This document shows positions 57,838-64,000 of a stretch of 64,000 nt of DNA, piece after piece. Every line of letters begins with the position of its first letter. Within the stretch, counting starts at the first letter, position 1. Origin of the DNA: an uncultured Verrucomicrobiae bacterium (lineage in GTDB: Bacteria; Verrucomicrobiota; Verrucomicrobiia; Chthoniobacterales; Chthoniobacteraceae). A program made the position numbers and the translations under genes. The stretch covers positions 128,001-192,000 of the forward strand of contig CAWIKF010000001.1 of the NCBI GenBank assembly GCA_963836755.1, written 5' to 3'. The notes under the pieces are model-generated. The model was not told where the DNA came from and did not search any database. It saw only the letters and a program-made list of their open reading frames with translations.

Positions 57838-58794
57838 TCAGCCCTCAAAAGAAGCTTTTTCGACCGCCTTTTCGCCAGTCACGCCGACATTTTTAAATTC
57901 TTCAAAGGCCGGCTTGCGTGTCCCGTCGTGGCGGACGAGGCCCATGTGGTATTCGTGCTCGTCCACATGAAAACCCTCGATCGACTCGCGCGCCGGGTCG
58001 AGGTCCTGCAGGCAATACCAATAGACGCGCTCGCACGGCGCGGCGGCGGCTTCGTGCAAAAGCGAGCATTGCAGGTCGAGCCGCGCCTCGCATTTCTCCG
58101 CGCACGACCAGGTGGCGTAGCCGGTCTCGGTGATCCAGACCGGCTTTTGCGCGCGCTCGGCGATGCAATCGATTTTTTCGCGCCAGCCGTGCCAGTGCGA
58201 ATGCCATTCCCAGTTCGGGTGGTCCTCCCACCACATCTCTGGAAAGCCGTGGATCGCCACCACGTCGATGTGCGCGAGCGCGCCCGCGCGGCGCATGATT
58301 TCAAGCCAATGCGGATCGACAGGCATCATTCCGCCGAGCACCGTGCGGCGTCCGCGCTTTTTCGCCCAATGCGCGGCATCGCCGATCATGTGCGCGAACT
58401 TTAACCAGCCGGGGTCGCAGCGCTCGAAGTCCCATTTGTAGCGGTTGTTCGGCTCGTTCCAGAGCTCCAGCGTTTCAAAGTCCGCGCCGTGCCGCGTGAG
58501 GATGAGGTCGATGAAATCCGCATAATCGCGCAGCCGCCGCGGCGGGCTCGCGCACGTGCCGCGCTCGGCGATGGATGGCGGCGTGTGCCAGATGGAGAGC
58601 AGCACCTCGAACTCCGCGAGCTGCGTCATCTGCCATTCATACCATTCGCGCCCGCGCGGCCGCAGATAATCCGCCCACGAGATGCCGGTGCGCAGCTGCT
58701 TCACGCCCAGCTCGCGCAGCAGCGCCACCGCGCGCTCGACGGCCTCGTGGTCCTCGTAATGAAACCACTGGCAGAGACCGAAATTGCCCCTCAT
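57838..58794 (-). CDS. Clan GH-A-like glycoside hydrolase (beta-xylosidase-like)
   Basis: LRTGISW, ELWNEPN (acid/base), WITETG (nucleophile). Confidence 0.85.
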   Translation of the reverse strand: MRGNFGLCQWFHYEDHEAVERAVALLRELGVKQLRTGISWADYLRPRGREWYEWQMTQLAEFEVLLSIWHTPPSIAERGTCASPPRRLRDYADFIDLILTRHGADFETLELWNEPNNRYKWDFERCDPGWLKFAHMIGDAAHWAKKRGRRTVLGGMMPVDPHWLEIMRRAGALAHIDVVAIHGFPEMWWEDHPNWEWHSHWHGWREKIDCIAERAQKPVWITETGYATWSCAEKCEARLDLQCSLLHEAAAAPCERVYWYCLQDLDPARESIEGFHVDEHEYHMGLVRHDGTRKPAFEEFKNVGVTGEKAVEKASFEG

Positions 58795-58961
58795 CGCACA
58801 CAAGTCGCACGTCGTCCGCGGAGCGGTCGTCGGTGGGGCAAAAATCGGGATTTTTCCCCTCCCGCCGGTAGGGGGTGCTCCTGACGCACAAACGTGGGGG
58901 TGACAGCGATTTTGATGGCAGCGGAGATATGGGCAAATCCCACCCGCTTATTGAATAGCCT

Positions 58962-60077
58962 ATGAAAAATGTTCTCATCACTGGCGGTGCCGGATTCGTC
59001 GGTTCACACCTCGCCGATGACCTTCTTTCGCGCGGCCACCGCGTGCGCGTCCTCGATAGCCTCAGCCCGCAAGTCCACGGCGACGACGCCGTGCGCCCGG
59101 CGTATCTCGATGGCGGCGTCGATCTGATCGCCGCCGATGTGCGCGACACGGATGCGCTCTCGCGCGCGCTGCGCGACATCGATGTCGTCTATCATTTCGC
59201 AGCCGCGGTCGGCGTCGGGCAGAGCATGTATGAAATCGCGCGATACACGGACGTGAACGGCATGGGAACCGCGCTGTTGCTCGAGGCGCTCGCGCGGCAT
59301 CCGGTCGAGCGGCTCGTGGTCGCGTCGAGCATGAGCATTTACGGCGAGGGCTTTTATAAAAACGCGAAAGGTCGCCGCATCCCCGGCCACGAGCGGAGCG
59401 TCGCGCAGCTCAGGCGTCGCGACTGGGAAGTGCGCGGCGACGACGGCGAAGCATTAACGCCGATAGCTACAGACGAAAGCAAGTGCCCAGCGCTGCCGTC
59501 GGTCTACGCGATCTCGAAATATCACCAGGAACGCCTCTGCATGACGGTCGCCCCGGCATACAACATCGAGCCGGTCGCGCTCCGTTTTTTCAACATCTAC
59601 GGCCCGCGCCAGGCACTCTCGAATCCCTACACGGGCGTGCTCGCAATCTTTGCCTCGCGGTTTTTAAACGATCGCCCGCCGCTGATCAACGAGGATGGAA
59701 ATCAGCGCCGCGATTTCGTAAGCGTTTACGATATCGCGCAGGCGTGCCGGCTCGCGATGGAAGTGCCGGACGCCGCGGGAAAGGTTTTCAACATCGGCAG
59801 CGGCCAGTCGTGGTCGGTGCGCGAGATCGCGGAAAAATTCGCGCGCGTGCTCGGCAGACAACATCTCGAGCCGGAGATCACCGGCAAATATCGGATCGGC
59901 GACATCCGCAATTGCTTCGCGGACATCACGCTCGCGCGCCGCGTGCTCGGCTACGAGCCGCGCGTGGAACTCGACGACGGCCTGGCCGATCTCGCGGAAT
60001 CGCTCGAGGGACAAATCGCGATTGATCGCGTGGACGAATCGCGCCAGGAGCTCGCAGTCCGGGGGCTTGCGATATGA
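58962..60077 (+). CDS. NAD-dependent epimerase/dehydratase
   Basis: TGGAGFVG, YAISK, RFFNIYGP. Confidence 0.93.
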   Translation: MKNVLITGGAGFVGSHLADDLLSRGHRVRVLDSLSPQVHGDDAVRPAYLDGGVDLIAADVRDTDALSRALRDIDVVYHFAAAVGVGQSMYEIARYTDVNGMGTALLLEALARHPVERLVVASSMSIYGEGFYKNAKGRRIPGHERSVAQLRRRDWEVRGDDGEALTPIATDESKCPALPSVYAISKYHQERLCMTVAPAYNIEPVALRFFNIYGPRQALSNPYTGVLAIFASRFLNDRPPLINEDGNQRRDFVSVYDIAQACRLAMEVPDAAGKVFNIGSGQSWSVREIAEKFARVLGRQHLEPEITGKYRIGDIRNCFADITLARRVLGYEPRVELDDGLADLAESLEGQIAIDRVDESRQELAVRGLAI

Positions 60078-61135
60078 AACACCGCGTCAACGGAACGCAC
60101 CCGGTTGTTATAACAGGCGGCGCGGGCTTCGTCGGGACCAATCTCGCGCACCGGCTGCTTTCGCAGGGCGAAAAGGTCTTGCTCTACGACAATCTCTCGC
60201 GGCGCGGCGTGGAAAAAAATCTGCGCTGGCTGCAGGAAACGCACGGCGAACTTTTAAAGATCGAAGTCGCCGACACGCGCGACGCCGACGCAGTTTCGCG
60301 AGCGGTCGCGCGCGGCTCCGCGGTTTTTCATTTCGCCGCGCAAGTCGCCGTCACGACAAGCCTCGCCGATCCGCGCGAAGATTTTGAAATCAACGCGGGC
60401 GGAACTTTCAACGTCCTCGAGGCCGCGCGCGCGGCGGGCATTCCGCTTGTTTTCACATCGACAAACAAAGTTTACGGCGCGCTCTCCGACGTGCCGCTGC
60501 GCCGCCGCGGCGCGCGCTACGAGCCGGCTGATGCCGCGACGCGCGCGCGCGGAATTTCCGAGCGGCAGCCGCTGAGTTTTCACAGTCCGTATGGCTGCAG
60601 CAAAGGCGCGGCCGATCAATACGTGCTCGATTACGCGCGCAGCTACGGCCTCGCCGCGATCGTTTTTCGCATGAGCTGCATTTACGGCCCGCATCAATTC
60701 GGCACCGAGGATCAGGGCTGGGTCGCGCATTTCCTCATCCGCGCGCTCGACCGCGAGCCGCTCGTGATCTACGGCGACGGCGGGCAGGTGCGCGACATTT
60801 TGTTTGTCGAGGATCTGGTCGAGGCGTTTTTGCTCGCGCGAAAAAATGCGGAAAAACTCGCTGGCGAAGCGTTCAACATCGGCGGCGGCGCGGCGAACAG
60901 CGTGAGCCTTTTGCAATTGCTCAAGATGATCGGCGAGCTCGACGAAGGCGCGCCGGAAATCGAGCACGCGCCGTGGCGCATCGGCGATCAGCGCTATTTC
61001 GTGAGCGACTTTTCAAAGTTCACCGCCGCGACCGGATGGACGCCACGCGTCTCCGCGCGCGAGGGCGTCGCGCGGCTTTACGAATGGCTCCGCAGCACGC
61101 GCGCGCCGCACGAAAGCGAACTGCTGACGCACTAA
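60074..61135 (+). CDS. NAD-dependent epimerase/dehydratase (CDP-paratose 2-epimerase-like)
   Basis: TGGAGFVG, STNKVYG, YGCSK, EDQGWVAHF. Confidence 0.92.
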   Translation: MKHRVNGTHPVVITGGAGFVGTNLAHRLLSQGEKVLLYDNLSRRGVEKNLRWLQETHGELLKIEVADTRDADAVSRAVARGSAVFHFAAQVAVTTSLADPREDFEINAGGTFNVLEAARAAGIPLVFTSTNKVYGALSDVPLRRRGARYEPADAATRARGISERQPLSFHSPYGCSKGAADQYVLDYARSYGLAAIVFRMSCIYGPHQFGTEDQGWVAHFLIRALDREPLVIYGDGGQVRDILFVEDLVEAFLLARKNAEKLAGEAFNIGGGAANSVSLLQLLKMIGELDEGAPEIEHAPWRIGDQRYFVSDFSKFTAATGWTPRVSAREGVARLYEWLRSTRAPHESELLTH

Positions 61136-61139
61136 AAAA

Positions 61140-62153
61140 ATGTCCGCCGCGCTGGCCACACCTCCTGCCGTCGCAACGATGAATGCCGCGCGAATCATCG
61201 CGCCCGGAAAAGTTGAGCTGACGCGCGCGCCGGTTCCCGAGCCGCGCGAAAACGAAGTGCGCGTGCGGCTGGAAGGCTGCGGCGTTTGCGCGTCAAATGT
61301 GCCGCCGTGGGAAGGCCGCGATTGGTTTCAATATCCGATGGCGCCCGGCGCGCTCGGCCACGAAGGCTGGGGCCGCGTCGATGCCGTCGGCGCAAATGTG
61401 GACGCAGCGCTCATCGGCCAGCGCGTCGCGATGCTCTCGCAAAATGCCTACGCCGATTTCGATGTCGCGCCCGCCGACGCGATTGTGCCATTGCCCGCGA
61501 AGCTTGATGGGAAGCCGTTTCCCGGCGAACCGCTCGGTTGCGCGATGAATATTTTTCACCGTAGCGAAATCAAATCCGGGCAGACCGTCGCGATTCTCGG
61601 CATCGGTTTTCTCGGCGCGCTGCTCACGCGGCTCGCGAGCGAAGCGGGCGCGCGCGTGATTGCGATTTCGCGCCGCGACGATTCGCTCGCCTTTGCGAAA
61701 AAGTTTGGCGCGGAAGAAATCGTCCCGATGCGCGAGCAGTGGCAAATTATCGGGCAGGTCCGGCAGCTCACGCGCGAAAAGTTTTGCGACGTCGTCATCG
61801 AGGCGACCGGAAAACAATGGCCGCTGCAGCTCGCCGCCGAACTCGCGCGCGAGCGCGGCCGGCTCATCATCGCAGGTTATCATCAGGACGGTTTGCGCGA
61901 GATCAACATGCAGCTTTGGAACTGGCGCGGCCTCGATGTCATCAACGCGCACGAGCGCGATCCGGCGGTTTACATTGACGGCATTCGCCAGGCCGTGCGC
62001 GCGGTCGCGAGCGGGCTGCTCGATCCGCAGCCGCTTTACACAAACACGTTTCCGCTCGCCGAACTTGGTGCCGCGCTCGATGCCACGCGCAACCGTCCGA
62101 AGGGCTTCATGAAAGCGCTGGTGGCGATGCAATCGACCGCGCCGCGTGCTTAA
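61140..62153 (+). CDS. Zinc-binding (MDR) dehydrogenase
   Basis: CGVCASN, GHEGWG, GIGFLG. Confidence 0.9.
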   Translation: MSAALATPPAVATMNAARIIAPGKVELTRAPVPEPRENEVRVRLEGCGVCASNVPPWEGRDWFQYPMAPGALGHEGWGRVDAVGANVDAALIGQRVAMLSQNAYADFDVAPADAIVPLPAKLDGKPFPGEPLGCAMNIFHRSEIKSGQTVAILGIGFLGALLTRLASEAGARVIAISRRDDSLAFAKKFGAEEIVPMREQWQIIGQVRQLTREKFCDVVIEATGKQWPLQLAAELARERGRLIIAGYHQDGLREINMQLWNWRGLDVINAHERDPAVYIDGIRQAVRAVASGLLDPQPLYTNTFPLAELGAALDATRNRPKGFMKALVAMQSTAPRA

Positions 62154-62158
62154 GATTT

Positions 62159-63043
62159 ATGAAAAAATCCACGATGAAAGATCCACGTTCGCTCTATCCG
62201 CGCCCGCCGTTTCCCGAGCAAAAACAGGAACCGACTGGTTCGGAAAAAGAGATGACGCCAGCGGCGGACCATGGCGAAAAAAGTTACGAAGGCAGCGGGC
62301 GGCTCGAGGGCAGACGCGCGTTGATCACCGGCGCCGACAGCGGCATCGGCCGCGCGGTCGCGCTCGCGTTTGCGCGCGAAGGCGCGGCGGTCGCGATCGG
62401 ATTTCACGAATCCGAAAACGACGCGCAAACGACGGAAAACCTTTGCAAAGAAGCCGGCGTGCAAACGGTCACGATTCGCGGCGACATCGCTTCGGCAGAC
62501 GATTGCCGCGACATCGTGCGGCAGGCGACGAGCGAACTCGGCGGCATCGATATTCTCGTCAATAATGCCGCATTCCAGCGCACTTACGAAAAGTTCGAAG
62601 AGATTCCCGACGAGGAATTCGAGCGCATTTATCAGGTCAACATTTTCGGCATGTTTCGCCTTTGCAAACTCGTGCTGCCCGACATGAAACCGGCCGGCGC
62701 GATCATCAACACCGCGTCGATCCAATCATTCGATCCGTCGCCGAGCCTGCTGCCATACGCGTCGACGAAAGCCGCGATCGCGAGCTTCACGAAGTCACTC
62801 GCCGCGCATGCGATCGAGCGCGGCGTCCGCGTCAATGCCGTCGCGCCTGGCCCGGTCTGGACGCCGCTGATTCCTGCGACGATGCCGAAGGAGGACATCT
62901 CGACTTTTGGAAAAAACACAGTGTTTGGCCGTCCCGCGCAACCGGCCGAGCTCGCGCCCATTTTCGTTTTTCTCGCCAGCGACGAAGCAAGCTACGTGAC
63001 CGGCGAAATCTACGGCGCGACCGGCGGGCGGATGCCGATTTAA
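62159..63043 (+). CDS. SDR oxidoreductase (YghA/YhdF-like)
   Basis: TGADSGIG, NNAA, YASTK, APGPVWTPLIP. Confidence 0.92.
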   Translation: MKKSTMKDPRSLYPRPPFPEQKQEPTGSEKEMTPAADHGEKSYEGSGRLEGRRALITGADSGIGRAVALAFAREGAAVAIGFHESENDAQTTENLCKEAGVQTVTIRGDIASADDCRDIVRQATSELGGIDILVNNAAFQRTYEKFEEIPDEEFERIYQVNIFGMFRLCKLVLPDMKPAGAIINTASIQSFDPSPSLLPYASTKAAIASFTKSLAAHAIERGVRVNAVAPGPVWTPLIPATMPKEDISTFGKNTVFGRPAQPAELAPIFVFLASDEASYVTGEIYGATGGRMPI

Positions 63044-63046
63044 AAT

Positions 63047-64000
63047 GTGAGCGCGCGCACGCCGAAACGGATTTTGATGACCGGCGACACTGTCGGCGGC
63101 GTCTGGAATTATTCGCTTGAGCTCGCGCGCAGCCTTGCGCCGCACGGCATCGAGATCACGCTCGCGACGATGGGCGGGCGCGCTTCCGATGCGCAACGGC
63201 GCGAAGCAGCGCAGCTCAAAAATCTCGAGCTCGTCGAAAGCGATTACCGGCTCGAGTGGATGGAAAATCCGTGGGAAGACGTGCGGCGCGCGGGCCGCTG
63301 GCTGCACGAAATCGAGCGGCGCGTGCGGCCCGATCTCGTGCATCTCAACGGCTACGTCCACGGCGCGCTGAAGTGGAACGCGCCGTGCCTCATCGTCGCG
63401 CATTCGTGCGTGCTTTCATGGTGGCGCGCGGTGAAAGGCAAGGCCGCGCCCGCGTCGTGGGATGGCTACAAAAACATGGTCACGCGCGGCTTGCGCGGCA
63501 GCTCCGCGCTGTGCGGGCCGACGCGCGCCATGCTCAATACGCTCGCGCAAAATTACGGGGAAGCCCGCGGCGGCCGCGCGATTTTCAACGCGCGCGCGCC
63601 GTATCGTTACAAGCGGAACGTTAAACAGCCGTTCATCCTGACCGCGGGCCGGCTTTGGGACGAGGCGAAAAATGTTGTCGTTCTCGAGCACGTTGCGGCC
63701 GATGTTCCGTGGCCGATTCTCGCGGCGGGCGAACGGAATTTGCCGCACGACCAGGTGCGCGGCGGCGGCGCGATCGGCTACCTCGGCCAGCTTTCCAATG
63801 AAGCGCTCGCGCAATATCGCGCGACCGCGTCCATTTACGTGTTGCCGGCGCGCTACGAGCCGTTCGGACTTTCCGCGCTCGAGGCTGCGATGTGCGGCTG
63901 CGCGCTCGTGCTCGGCGACATTCCGAGCCTGCGCGAAGTCTGGGAGGACACGGCGATTTTTGTCGCGCCCGACGATCGCGGAGGTCTGCGCGATGCGCTT
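63047..64000 (+). CDS. GT4 glycosyltransferase (partial, runs off the right edge)
   Basis: Manual translation: RILMTGDTVGGVWNY..AHSCVLSWW..AGRLWDEAKN..YEPFGLSALEA. Confidence 0.9.
   Translation, partial: MSARTPKRILMTGDTVGGVWNYSLELARSLAPHGIEITLATMGGRASDAQRREAAQLKNLELVESDYRLEWMENPWEDVRRAGRWLHEIERRVRPDLVHLNGYVHGALKWNAPCLIVAHSCVLSWWRAVKGKAAPASWDGYKNMVTRGLRGSSALCGPTRAMLNTLAQNYGEARGGRAIFNARAPYRYKRNVKQPFILTAGRLWDEAKNVVVLEHVAADVPWPILAAGERNLPHDQVRGGGAIGYLGQLSNEALAQYRATASIYVLPARYEPFGLSALEAAMCGCALVLGDIPSLREVWEDTAIFVAPDDRGGLRDAL

Noticed and set aside
1..64000. tRNA/rRNA genes and known riboswitches
   Set aside because: None recognisable by eye; a covariance-model scan would be needed to exclude them.

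Overview
GC-rich bacterial chromosome segment. Gene content and style suggest Verrucomicrobiota, possibly Chthoniobacterales; this is an inference and was not verified. From left to right: (1) the 5' part of a reducing type I PKS (KS-AT-DH, running off the left edge), divergent from an AsnB-type amidotransferase, followed by a secreted TPR protein and a lipoprotein amidase; (2) housekeeping genes (rlmN, an ECF sigma/anti-sigma module, tkt-cysH-cysD-cysN, prmA, a tandem-domain ndk, an aminotransferase, fic, lpdA, a Ser/Thr kinase, an RluA-family enzyme, udg, a squalene/phytoene synthase); (3) an accessory islet at ~32.7-35.2 kb with a REP-like inverted repeat, a 12-unit degenerate 21-bp array behind a small helical protein gene, and broken DUF2442 and DNA-methyltransferase remnants; (4) Mn catalase, a DCC-LMF fusion and a tightly coupled operon of cNMP-patatin, PaaK-like ligase, thiolase, FadJ-like enzyme and acyl-CoA dehydrogenase; (5) DUF1015, thiH-thiS and a GT2; (6) a CheB-CheR-PAS fusion with a histidine kinase and a NarL-type regulator; (7) a glycoside hydrolase divergent from an epimerase/dehydrogenase/GT4 cluster running off the right edge. 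Several single-base frameshifts, one in the normally essential tkt, look like sequencing indels. No rRNA, tRNA, CRISPR array, integrase or transposase was seen. The best candidates for undescribed biology are the helical protein with its 21-bp array, the PKS-amidotransferase cluster and the patatin/PaaK-like beta-oxidation operon. All family assignments come from motif recognition by eye, not database searches.
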